In this document: positions 20,952 to 30,940 of the stretch, piece after piece
Numbering within the stretch: position 1 is the first letter of the stretch
Layout: each line of letters opens with the position of its first letter
Assembly (NCBI GenBank): GCA_903916255.1
Contig: CAIWVW010000143.1
Span: 12,589-76,588, forward strand
Source of the DNA: an uncultured Bacteroidota bacterium
Lineage (GTDB): Bacteria > Bacteroidota > Bacteroidia > JABEUT01
Direction: 5' to 3'
Length of the DNA stretch: 64,000 nucleotides
Notes under the pieces: generated by a model
Told to the model about the DNA's origin: nothing
Database searches by the model: none
What the model saw: only the letters and a program-made list of their open reading frames with translations
Made by a program: the position numbers and the translations under genes

Positions 20952-22475
20952 TTAAGCCTTGGATGCTGCTTTAAGGACTATTCGGAAAGTGGTTCCTTTA
21001 TTCAGTTCGGAGCCTTTCACAAATATTTTGCCCCCATGATAATCATCGATAATCCGTTTGCAAAGCGAAAGGCCCAAGCCCCAGCCGCGGCTTTTGGTGG
21101 TGTATCCGGGTTCAAAAACGGTTTTATATTTTGCTTTGGGAATTCCTTTGCCGGTGTCGGTAACATCAATTATGATAGTATTTGTCTGCCTTGATACCTC
21201 CATGGTAATAGAACCCTGTCCGCCCATAGCATCAATCGCATTGCGGAAAAGATTTTCTATCACCCATGAAAAAAGTGGAGGATTTAACATCGCAACGGTA
21301 TCCAACCTTTCCTGCACAGTTAATGTAAATTTCACTTTCTGCGAACTGCGTGTGCGGATATAATCCATTGTTTCATTCAGTTCGTCCACCACATCAAAAG
21401 CTTCCAGTTGAGGCGCAGAGCCTATTTTAGAAAAGCGGCTGGTAATTGTCTCCAATCGTTTTACGTCCTTTTCCATTTCATCGGTAAGCTCCACATTTTT
21501 CGATTTCAAATAATCGACCCATGCCATTAAGGAAGTAAGTGGGGTTCCCAATTGGTGTGCCGTTTCTTTTGCCAGTCCCACCCAAACCCTGTTCTGTTCC
21601 GATTTGCGGGCACTATTGAAAAGATAGTAGGCCAGCATTATAAACAAACTTATTATGCCCAGTTCAAAATAGGGATAGTAGCGTAACTCCTTTGACAGCG
21701 AAGATTCTTCATAAAAAATAAATTGTTTTCCTTCGTCCGGCAGTTCAATTTCTATGGGCGGATTGCTTTGGCGCATATCGGCAATTTCAGCTTTCAGGTA
21801 TGTCGAATCTTTCATTTTCAAGGTATCCACATTTCCGAACTCCATAATTTTTGTCTGCGTGGAATCGGTAAGAATAACAGGCACGGAAGATGCGTTAGTT
21901 TGCACATCTTTCATGAATGATTCCACTAAATCATTCAGCACCACTTTCAATTCTGTAAACAGTTTCGAATCGGAATAGTAAAGATAATCCTTCCTGTTCT
22001 TTGCTATATTTATTTCAATGGGTGGATGCTGCAATTTCATCATTCGAACCTGGCTATTCAGGTAGGAAGTATCATTCGCCATAGCTTTCACTGAGTCGAG
22101 CAGATTACGGTTCTGACCCGGTTTACCCCTATCATCTACCATTATTACCGGCACCGTTCGGTTATTCTTTATTACATCGAGAAGAAAACTCAAGTCTTCA
22201 AGAGGTGCATTTACATCCGCTATTTTTTTTGTTGCATCGGCCCACAGTTTTACTTTTTCTTCTTCATCCGAACCAATCTGGTTGAACAGGTAATTGGCAT
22301 ATTTAACCAGCCTTGCCTTTTTCTGTATGGCTTCCGCCCAAAGTTGCACCTTGTTGCGCTCTTCTATTTCTACTTTATGCACAAGCCTGTTGGTGTAGAA
22401 CAATGATGCCCCGGCAATAAGGAACGCCCCGATTATCAGGGCAAACTTCCAGCGGCTTTTTTGGGTGTAATTCAT
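20952..22475 (-). CDS. Orphan sensor histidine kinase, PorY-like
   Basis: Two TM helices; WVGLAKETAHQLGTPL H-box; ENLFRNAIDAM, DTGKG, GWGLGLSL. Confidence 0.85.
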   Translation of the reverse strand: MNYTQKSRWKFALIIGAFLIAGASLFYTNRLVHKVEIEERNKVQLWAEAIQKKARLVKYANYLFNQIGSDEEEKVKLWADATKKIADVNAPLEDLSFLLDVIKNNRTVPVIMVDDRGKPGQNRNLLDSVKAMANDTSYLNSQVRMMKLQHPPIEINIAKNRKDYLYYSDSKLFTELKVVLNDLVESFMKDVQTNASSVPVILTDSTQTKIMEFGNVDTLKMKDSTYLKAEIADMRQSNPPIEIELPDEGKQFIFYEESSLSKELRYYPYFELGIISLFIMLAYYLFNSARKSEQNRVWVGLAKETAHQLGTPLTSLMAWVDYLKSKNVELTDEMEKDVKRLETITSRFSKIGSAPQLEAFDVVDELNETMDYIRTRSSQKVKFTLTVQERLDTVAMLNPPLFSWVIENLFRNAIDAMGGQGSITMEVSRQTNTIIIDVTDTGKGIPKAKYKTVFEPGYTTKSRGWGLGLSLCKRIIDDYHGGKIFVKGSELNKGTTFRIVLKAASKA

Positions 22476-22766
22476 TACTCAGCTAAAACACAAATGTAAG
22501 TACAATATTGCGCCTAAAGGCTCTTATTTAACATTGTTTGGGATTATACACGCCAAGAAACCAATAAATTTCTGCAAATAATTTACTGGTTTATATGTCG
22601 CTATATGTCGCATTTTTTCATGTTTTAAAATAGCGAAAAACAAATCTACCGCTTATTAAATGCTGAATTTCTGCCACTTTCCCCCGTGTCGCATATGTCA
22701 CATAAAAATATGGAATTCTGTTATATTTTTTTTGCGATGCAAATGGGTGGCATTTGTATCTAATCT

Positions 22767-23816
22767 TTAGCTCCCGGCAGGTGTCCGGCCAAACTCAAAC
22801 CTTGCATTAGGCACCAAATCGATTCCGGCAAATTCACTGCGTAAAAATTTAAAATAGCCGGTAATACCAATCATAGCCGCATTATCAGTACAATATTGCA
22901 TCTTAGGAATATATACTTTCCAGTTGTGCCTACCTGCAGCCTCCTGCAAGGCATTGCGCAGGCCGGAATTAGCCGCCACCCCTCCTGCTATTGCAATTTC
23001 CTTTACGCCTGTTTCTTCCGCAGCCCTGGTAATTTTATCTATCAGTATAGATACAACCCTGTATTGAAATGAAGCGCAAAGGTCATTTTTGTGTTCTTCA
23101 ACAAAATTTGGATTGTTTATTTTCCCGTCACGTATAAGATAGAGAAATGATGTCTTCAATCCACTGAAACTAAAGTCGAGCGCAGTAATGTGTGGAGTTG
23201 GAAATGAAAATGCTTTAGGGTTTCCTTCTTTTGCAAATTTATCTACCAGCGGCCCGCCCGGATAAGGCAACGTCATTATTTTAGCCGCTTTATCGAAAGC
23301 TTCCCCTGCCGCATCATCAAGAGTTTGCCCCAATATCTGCATATCGAAATAATCTTTTACCAGCACTATTTGGGTATGCCCGCCTGAAACCGTAAGGCAA
23401 AGGAATGGAAAGGCGGGAGGGCTGTACTCTTCATTAGGAGTTTGTATAAAATGCGAAAGTATATGCGCCTGCATGTGATTCACTTCGATTAGCGGCCTGT
23501 TCAGCCCAATGCTTAACGCTTTGGCAAAAGACACACCCACCAGCAGCGAACCCATCAATCCGGGGCCTTTGGTAAGAGCAATCGCATCTATTTCCTCCTT
23601 TTTAACACCTGCCTTCTTAAGGGCTATGTCGACCACAGGCACAATATTCTGCTGATGCGCCCGCGATGCCAGTTCAGGCACCACGCCTCCATAGTCATGG
23701 TGCACCTGTTGCCCCGCCACTACATTGGAAAGCAGCATAGTACCTGACAGTACAGCAGCACAAGTATCATCGCAGGAAGATTCAATGGCCAAAATCTTCA
23801 CATTACACTCACTCAT
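22767..23816 (-). CDS. tsaD: t6A tRNA threonylcarbamoyltransferase TsaD
   Basis: IESSCDDT, GGVVPELASRAH, NHMQAH, VSGGHT, DDAAGEAFDK, TDNAAMI. Confidence 0.97.
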   Translation of the reverse strand: MSECNVKILAIESSCDDTCAAVLSGTMLLSNVVAGQQVHHDYGGVVPELASRAHQQNIVPVVDIALKKAGVKKEEIDAIALTKGPGLMGSLLVGVSFAKALSIGLNRPLIEVNHMQAHILSHFIQTPNEEYSPPAFPFLCLTVSGGHTQIVLVKDYFDMQILGQTLDDAAGEAFDKAAKIMTLPYPGGPLVDKFAKEGNPKAFSFPTPHITALDFSFSGLKTSFLYLIRDGKINNPNFVEEHKNDLCASFQYRVVSILIDKITRAAEETGVKEIAIAGGVAANSGLRNALQEAAGRHNWKVYIPKMQYCTDNAAMIGITGYFKFLRSEFAGIDLVPNARFEFGRTPAGS

Positions 23817-23827
23817 TATTTCTAACT

Positions 23828-26800
23828 TTGTTCGTTAATTTAAACCCCAAAGGTATTAAAAAACTGCGGAAAATATTGTCTGTATTACTCACCGTTATAG
23901 CGGTGCTGCTGCTCTTTTTCAATATGGTGCTCAACTTTCCGGTTGTTCAAACAGCCCTTACACACACCCTTGCCAACTATTATTCCCGCAAGTTACATGT
24001 TAAAGTGCGTATCGGTAAAGTAGATTTCGAATTCCTTAAAAAGCTTGTTCTGCGCGATGTTTATGTGCAAGACCAACATGCCGATACCTTGTTGTATGCA
24101 ACCGAGCTAAAGTTTGATATAGGTCAGTTGAGTTTAAAAAACAAGCAGCTTTATTTAAGCGATATCGAAATAGATAAGGCCACCATCCATCTTATAACCT
24201 ATAAAAAGGAGCACAGCCTGAATCTTCAATTTATTGTAGATGCGTTTGCTTCTAAGGATACTGCTAAAAATCCGGCGCCGGGCTGGAAAGTTGCATTCGG
24301 GAAACTTTCACTGAACAACGTGGATTTCCGGTTGCAAAACCAGCATGACACCGGTGCAGATAACTTTGGCGTTAATACATCCAACCTGAAGGTCCATCAA
24401 ATAAATGCGAAAATAAATACAATTAAATTTCTGGGTGATACCGTAAGAGCCACTATTGAAAACCTTTCCTGCAAGGAAGAAAGCGGCTTTTTACTGAAAA
24501 AATTTTCTTGTTTTGTAAGCCTTTGCCCGCGCGGAATGGAACTGGATGCTTTAAAAATACAGACCGCTAATTCTGACATTTCAACGGATTTGGTATTCAA
24601 ATATTCCAAATTCTCCGATTTTGATGATTTTACCAACAAGGTGGATATGAAAGCTAAATTTACCCGCAGCAGGGTGTGCATGGATGATGTAGCTGCTTTT
24701 GCACATGGATTAAAGGCGGTGCATAACTGTTTCACATTGTCGGGCGAATATACCGGCAAAGTGAACCATTTGGAAGGCCGTCATATGAGTATTGGGTGGG
24801 GTATGTTTTCGAATCTGGAAGGCGAGTTTCATCTGGATAATATCACTGATATCGATTCAGCTATTTTAAAAATTTACGTTAAGGACCTGGTTACTTCAAA
24901 AGCTGAAATAGAAGAATTACCGGCTCCCCCTTTCGATACCATAGGCCATATTAAATTACCCGATAATATCAGCAAACTGAGAACCATTCATTTAAGCGGT
25001 TCGTTTGTCGGTACCATTAAATCATTTGAAGCTCAGGGTTCTGCTTCTACTGATATTGGAGATATTTCCGCCAACCTGCATATGTGGGAAAACCCGGTCA
25101 GCAACGAATCACGTTACTCGGGAAAGTTAGAGACAAAAGATTTTAATTTGGGTTATTACTGGCAGGCTCCTGACCTGGGCACCGTAACTGCAGCTGTTTC
25201 AATAACCGGAGAAGGACTGAAAAAAGAAAATGCAGATGCCACTCTTTCGGGTATAATTCAAAGCATAACTTATCGGAAATATACTTACCAAAATACAAAA
25301 ATAAGCGGGGAGCTGAAGAAAGGTTTTTTCTCGGGCGTTGTAAACATTGTCGACCCCCACCTGCTGCTCGATTTTAACGGGAAGGTGAGCCAGGCTTCGC
25401 AAAACAGCATTTTCCAGTTTGAAACACATATAACAAAAGCCAACCTTACCGCCCTGCACATTCTGAAAGATACAAGTGCCTATGGGATGTTAACGGGACA
25501 TATTAAAGTAAATGCAACCGGAAACACAATAGATAACCTGGAAGGCACTGTGCTTATAGACAGCACATCTTATGCCGTGAAAAAAGACGTTTATCATATT
25601 GACCATTTAAATCTTACGTCCACGTTAAAAGGAGACTATCATGATATTACTTTGAAATCGGATTATGCAGACGGAGAACTTTCCGGGCATTTTCATTTAG
25701 CCAACACATATGAATGTTTGCAAAATCTTATGTCTTCCTATATTCCATCCGTCTTTCCGGCGGAGAAGCATGTGAAAGGAGATAAGGATTTACATGATTA
25801 TTTGCTGTCGTTACATTTTAATGAAAATACAGGGCTTACCAACCTGTTCGCTCCGGGAGTTAAAATTGCTGCCGGCACAGTAATAAAAGGAAGGTATGAT
25901 GAGTCGTCCGATAATTTCTCATTAAATGGAAATTCAAGCGAAATCGATATATCTGCAAAAAAAATAAAAAATTGGAAAATTGACGCTACAGGCGACGAAT
26001 CAGCTATGATATTTAATACCGGTTGCGACACATTATATGTAAGCGACAGCCTTTACGGCGCCCATTTTTCGGTGAACGGAAATATCCAAAAAGATACCCT
26101 TCACTATACGATTGCATGGAACGACGATTCTGCCGATTTTGCCAACATACCCGGCTATATAGCTTTTCCAAGCAAATCGAAAACCGTGTTTAAATTCCAG
26201 CAACCGGTTATAAGCATGGTCGATTCTGTATGGAAAATAAATACGGATAACCTGATTGTATATGACTCTTCCCGATGGGAAATAAAATCATTTACTATTT
26301 CACATGGCAATCAGGAATCCATAGCGTTGCAAGGTGCTGTAGCGGATGATAACTCGGATAAATTAAATATCACCATTCAAAACATAAATCTGGGTAATCT
26401 GAAACTTGGCGGCACTCCGCTGGCAGGAGAAGTGAACGGCACCGCTTCCATTTCTGATTTGTTCAGCCACCCCTATTTTACCAGCGCGCTCAGTTTTTCC
26501 CAATTAGTATTCAATAAGGAATACCTGGGCGATGGCAACATTAACAGTTCCTGGGATACTCTTTCGCAATCCATTATACTTGACGGGCATTTTCTGTATC
26601 ATGGAACCCCGGTGCTTTCTGTTACGGGTAAATACACGCCGGGCAACAGCACTAATAATTTAAGTGCAGATGCCTACCTGATAAATTTTCCAACGAAGTT
26701 ATTCCAGCCTTATATAAAAGATGTAAGTTCTGTTCTAGACGGGTCCTTAATGGGCCAGGCGCACATTTCGGGCACACCGGCGAACCCGCTTATTTATGGC

Positions 26801-28285
26801 AATGTAACAGCCACGCTGAAAAAAATGAAGTTCGACTATTTGAATACATCCATTCATTCGCAGGCAATAAATATTAAAATAATGCCAGACACTTTCCAGA
26901 TAATGCCTTCCGTAATACTGGATGAAAAGAATGATACCGCACTCTATTCAGGTACATTCACGCACCATAATTTCAAGAACCTTCAGATGGATTTTTATTT
27001 AAATGCGACAAACTTTTTATGCCTTAATACAAACGAAACACAAAACAACTCCTACTTTGGAAAAGGATTTGTAAGCGGCAATTTGCATTTATATGGCCTT
27101 TTGGATGCACTACACATAGTGGCCGACGTTACAACCAATAAAAATACAATATTCAACATTCCGTTGGAAACCGCTTCAGATATTGACCAGGCGAATTATA
27201 TTCAGTTTAAAAATAAAGGCAAAAACGCGCACACCCAAAATGCTTATAAAGTTAGCCTTGGAGGTATTCAAATGGATTTCACTATTCACGTTAATGACGA
27301 TGCCACTTGCAGGCTGCTATTTTCAAATAAAGGAGAAATATTGCAGGCACAAGGGTATGGCTCTATTCAGTTTTCGATGGATAATATTGGTGAAATAAAT
27401 ATGCGTGGCACCTACACTGTGAGCAGCGGATATTACAATTTTGTGCTGCAAAATGTAATTAACAGGAAGTTCCTTCTACAGCAGGATGGAACCATAACCT
27501 GGAACGGTGACCCCTATAATGCCGATATTAATTTAACTACAGAATACGCTACAAGGGCATCATTGCAGCCTTTCTTCCCTCAGGATGTTTCTGGGGTTTA
27601 CAGCAAGCGCTTTCCGGTGAATTGCGACCTTGACCTTTCCGGCAAATTAACATCGCCCGATATTGCCTTTAAAATAGAACTTCCATCGGTAGATAATGAA
27701 ACAAAGCAGGTAGTGGACAGTTACCTTAGTAACGGCGACGAGTTAACTACACAGGTATTCAGTTTGCTTATCATCAACAGTTTTATGCCTGTAGGTTCGG
27801 GCCTTGGCGGAGCAGGCTTTGGCAATCAGTTGGGCGTTGCCAATTCGGCAGAAATACTTTCGAATCAACTTACCAATATGTTTAATAACATTAACAAGAA
27901 CTTTAACGTGGGCCTGGATATTAATCCCGGCACCACCATCAGCCCTGCAGAGTATAAACTGGCGCTTTCCACAGCGCTTTTCACCGGCAGGGTTAATGTT
28001 TCTGTTGATGCAGGAACCCAAAGTGGAATTCCTACAGCTACAACGGCAAATACAAACAGCAACTTTGTAGGTGAAGTGAATGTTGATTACAGCTTAAGTA
28101 AAAACGGAAAATTAAAACTTAAAGCTTTTAACAAAGCGAACGATAACACCACGCTTGAAGTATTAAATGCCCCTTACACGCAGGGTGCAGGTATATCTTA
28201 TAAAGAAAGTTTTAATAGTTGGGGTGAATTTTTCCACAAATTATTTGGCAAGAAAACCAAAGACGAGAAAAAACAAGACAACTAA
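23828..28285 (+). CDS. tamB: TamB/DUF490-family translocation and assembly module protein
   Basis: N-terminal anchor helix then PVVQT, YVQDQHADTLLY; long beta-rich body; C-terminal GTITWNGDPYNADIN...YTQGAGISYKESF. True start uncertain. Confidence 0.85.
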   Translation: MFVNLNPKGIKKLRKILSVLLTVIAVLLLFFNMVLNFPVVQTALTHTLANYYSRKLHVKVRIGKVDFEFLKKLVLRDVYVQDQHADTLLYATELKFDIGQLSLKNKQLYLSDIEIDKATIHLITYKKEHSLNLQFIVDAFASKDTAKNPAPGWKVAFGKLSLNNVDFRLQNQHDTGADNFGVNTSNLKVHQINAKINTIKFLGDTVRATIENLSCKEESGFLLKKFSCFVSLCPRGMELDALKIQTANSDISTDLVFKYSKFSDFDDFTNKVDMKAKFTRSRVCMDDVAAFAHGLKAVHNCFTLSGEYTGKVNHLEGRHMSIGWGMFSNLEGEFHLDNITDIDSAILKIYVKDLVTSKAEIEELPAPPFDTIGHIKLPDNISKLRTIHLSGSFVGTIKSFEAQGSASTDIGDISANLHMWENPVSNESRYSGKLETKDFNLGYYWQAPDLGTVTAAVSITGEGLKKENADATLSGIIQSITYRKYTYQNTKISGELKKGFFSGVVNIVDPHLLLDFNGKVSQASQNSIFQFETHITKANLTALHILKDTSAYGMLTGHIKVNATGNTIDNLEGTVLIDSTSYAVKKDVYHIDHLNLTSTLKGDYHDITLKSDYADGELSGHFHLANTYECLQNLMSSYIPSVFPAEKHVKGDKDLHDYLLSLHFNENTGLTNLFAPGVKIAAGTVIKGRYDESSDNFSLNGNSSEIDISAKKIKNWKIDATGDESAMIFNTGCDTLYVSDSLYGAHFSVNGNIQKDTLHYTIAWNDDSADFANIPGYIAFPSKSKTVFKFQQPVISMVDSVWKINTDNLIVYDSSRWEIKSFTISHGNQESIALQGAVADDNSDKLNITIQNINLGNLKLGGTPLAGEVNGTASISDLFSHPYFTSALSFSQLVFNKEYLGDGNINSSWDTLSQSIILDGHFLYHGTPVLSVTGKYTPGNSTNNLSADAYLINFPTKLFQPYIKDVSSVLDGSLMGQAHISGTPANPLIYGNVTATLKKMKFDYLNTSIHSQAINIKIMPDTFQIMPSVILDEKNDTALYSGTFTHHNFKNLQMDFYLNATNFLCLNTNETQNNSYFGKGFVSGNLHLYGLLDALHIVADVTTNKNTIFNIPLETASDIDQANYIQFKNKGKNAHTQNAYKVSLGGIQMDFTIHVNDDATCRLLFSNKGEILQAQGYGSIQFSMDNIGEINMRGTYTVSSGYYNFVLQNVINRKFLLQQDGTITWNGDPYNADINLTTEYATRASLQPFFPQDVSGVYSKRFPVNCDLDLSGKLTSPDIAFKIELPSVDNETKQVVDSYLSNGDELTTQVFSLLIINSFMPVGSGLGGAGFGNQLGVANSAEILSNQLTNMFNNINKNFNVGLDINPGTTISPAEYKLALSTALFTGRVNVSVDAGTQSGIPTATTANTNSNFVGEVNVDYSLSKNGKLKLKAFNKANDNTTLEVLNAPYTQGAGISYKESFNSWGEFFHKLFGKKTKDEKKQDN

Positions 28286-28306
28286 AAAACAAGAATCTTT
28301 TCCCGT

Positions 28307-30931
28307 TTATAAATTCTCCAACTGCTTTTCCAATGCACTAATTTTTGCTTCTGCATCGGCCTTTTTGTTCCGCTCATTCTGAATGATTTCCGGCTTGGCA
28401 TTGCCCACAAATTTCTGGTTACTCAACTTAGCTTCAACAGATTTCAAAAATCCTATATTGTATTCCAGTTCCTTTTGAAGTTTAATTTTCTCTTCGCTTT
28501 TATCGAGCACTACACCTTCCGGAAGGTAAAAAATGTATTCGGTGTCTTTCAATACAAAACTCAACCTGTCCTTGCCTGAATTTGCATTCACTTTCGCTGG
28601 TTCATAAACCGAACCTGATAGTTCCAAATCAGAGTTGGTCAGTCCTACAGCATTTGGGTCCGGAGATACTAAAATAAGTTTTTGTTTTAAAGGCAGATTT
28701 ATCTGCTGGTGAAGGTTGCGTCCGCTTCTTACAAAGGATTTGCGAATATCCTCGAAATGCAAAACTAAGTTCGCATCATAGATTTCACGTTTTGGAAAAC
28801 TACTTACAATTATTCTGTCACCATTGCTTCTCTGCCCAATATTATCCCAAATTTCTTCCGTAATAAAGGGCATAAAAGGATGGACCAGTTTCAGCAATGT
28901 TTCCAGATAATGAATCGTGTCATCATAAATCTTTTTCGGAAATCCGTTACGGCAGGAAATTTTTATACGCTCAAGATATTCTGAGCAGAAATCATCCCAA
29001 ACCAACTTGTAAGTGGCCATCAACACCTCCGAAATTCGATATGAAGCATAATCCTGCTCTATGATTGCAATTTGCTCGGCGAGCTTATTTTTGAACCAGA
29101 TTGAATTTTTAACAGCATCTTCATTCGGTTCTATTTCTTCAGGCTTCCATGTGGTAATTAGCCTGAACGAATTCCACAATTTATTTGAAAAATTACGGCC
29201 TTGTTCACAAAGTGCTTCATCAAATGTGAGGTCGTTACCCGCAGGCGAGCATAAAAGAATTCCCACACGTGTTCCATCTGCGCCATATTGTGCAATAAGG
29301 TCGAGCGGGTCTGGAGAGTTACCTAATGATTTGCTCATCTTGCGGCCTATCTTATCTCGCACTGTTCCGGTAAGATACACATAGCTGAAAGGTTCTTTAC
29401 CTATGTATTCATAGCCTGCAATAATCATTCGTGCCACCCAAAAGAAAAGTATTTCAGGTGCTGTTACAAGGTCATTGGTTGGATAATAATAATTGATGTC
29501 TTTGTTGCCGGGAGATTTAAACCCATCGAAAACACTGATGGGCCATAGCCAGGAGGAGAACCATGTATCCAGCACATCTTCATCCTGCCGGATATTTTTC
29601 GAGCCGCAATGCGGGCACTTCCCGGGGTTTGTTTCTGTTACAATGACTTCCCTGCATTCAGGCTTTGTTCCATCAACACAATACCAGGCAGGAATTTGTT
29701 GCCCCCACCAAAGTTGGCGTGAAATGCACCAATCATGTACATTCTCCATCCAATGCCGGTATGTATTTATGTATTTATCGGGAATGAGTTTTATGGTTCC
29801 GTCAAGCACATGGTCGAGCGCAGGTTTTGAAATTTTATCCATTTTTAAAAACCACTGCATAGATAATTTAGGCTCGATTACCGCATCTGTCCGTTCAGAA
29901 TGCCCCACCTTATTTTTTATGTTTTCAACTTTCACCAGTTGGCCCATCTCCTCCAAATCTTTCACAATTTTATTACGGACAATGAAACGGTCTTCACCAA
30001 TATAAAATCCGGCTTTCTTGCTCATGGTACCATCGGGGTTAATGGTATCGATGATGGGAAGATTATGCTTTACACCTAAATTATAGTCGTTAATATCGTG
30101 AGCCGGAGTAATCTTTAATGCTCCTGTTCCAAACTCCATTGTAACATATTCATCGGAAATAATAGGTACGGAACGGTTAACCATTGGAATAATAACCCGT
30201 TTGCCAACTATGTGTTTGTAACGCTCGTCATTCGGGTTTACACAAACTGCGGTATCTCCCAAAATAGTTTCCGGGCGAGTAGTTGCAATAGTTACCCATT
30301 CATCAGCGGTGCCTTCAATTTTATATTTCACATAAAATAAGCGGGAATCCACTTCTTTATAATTCACCTCTTCGTCCGAAACGGCTGTAAGTCCCTTCGG
30401 GTCCCAGTTAACCATACGTACCCCGCGGTATATATTTCCTTTTTTATATAAATCGACAAACACCTGAATAACCGCGTTGCTCAGGTCTTCATCCATCGTA
30501 AAGCGAACGCGTTCCCAGTCGCAGGAACAGCCCAATGTTTTTAATTGCACAATAATAATGCCCCCATATTTTTCTTTCCACTCCCAGGCATATTTTAAAA
30601 ATCCCTCGCGTGATAAGTCCTTCTTTGCAATGCCTTTTTCTTTCAACAATGCAACCACTTTAGCTTCGGTGGCAATAGATGCATGGTCGGTTCCCGGAAC
30701 CCAGCAGGTGTTTTTGCCTTGCATACGTGCATGGCGCACCAGTACATCCTGAATGGTGTTATTTAATACATGGCCCATGTGCAGCACACCGGTAACATTC
30801 GGAGGAGGCATAACCATAGTATATGCTTCCCGCTCGTCAGGTTCCGAATGAAAAAAACCATTTTCCATCCAATACTTATACCATTTCTCTTCGCTCTTTT
30901 TAGGGTCGTATGTTTTTGAAATTTCTTCCAT
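28307..30931 (-). CDS. valS: Valyl-tRNA synthetase
   Basis: PPPNVTGVLHMGH, GTDHASIAT, WCISRQLWWG, DVLDTWFSS, KMSKS, C-terminal coiled coil. Confidence 0.98.
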   Translation of the reverse strand: MEEISKTYDPKKSEEKWYKYWMENGFFHSEPDEREAYTMVMPPPNVTGVLHMGHVLNNTIQDVLVRHARMQGKNTCWVPGTDHASIATEAKVVALLKEKGIAKKDLSREGFLKYAWEWKEKYGGIIIVQLKTLGCSCDWERVRFTMDEDLSNAVIQVFVDLYKKGNIYRGVRMVNWDPKGLTAVSDEEVNYKEVDSRLFYVKYKIEGTADEWVTIATTRPETILGDTAVCVNPNDERYKHIVGKRVIIPMVNRSVPIISDEYVTMEFGTGALKITPAHDINDYNLGVKHNLPIIDTINPDGTMSKKAGFYIGEDRFIVRNKIVKDLEEMGQLVKVENIKNKVGHSERTDAVIEPKLSMQWFLKMDKISKPALDHVLDGTIKLIPDKYINTYRHWMENVHDWCISRQLWWGQQIPAWYCVDGTKPECREVIVTETNPGKCPHCGSKNIRQDEDVLDTWFSSWLWPISVFDGFKSPGNKDINYYYPTNDLVTAPEILFFWVARMIIAGYEYIGKEPFSYVYLTGTVRDKIGRKMSKSLGNSPDPLDLIAQYGADGTRVGILLCSPAGNDLTFDEALCEQGRNFSNKLWNSFRLITTWKPEEIEPNEDAVKNSIWFKNKLAEQIAIIEQDYASYRISEVLMATYKLVWDDFCSEYLERIKISCRNGFPKKIYDDTIHYLETLLKLVHPFMPFITEEIWDNIGQRSNGDRIIVSSFPKREIYDANLVLHFEDIRKSFVRSGRNLHQQINLPLKQKLILVSPDPNAVGLTNSDLELSGSVYEPAKVNANSGKDRLSFVLKDTEYIFYLPEGVVLDKSEEKIKLQKELEYNIGFLKSVEAKLSNQKFVGNAKPEIIQNERNKKADAEAKISALEKQLENL

Positions 30932-30940
30932 GCTATACTA

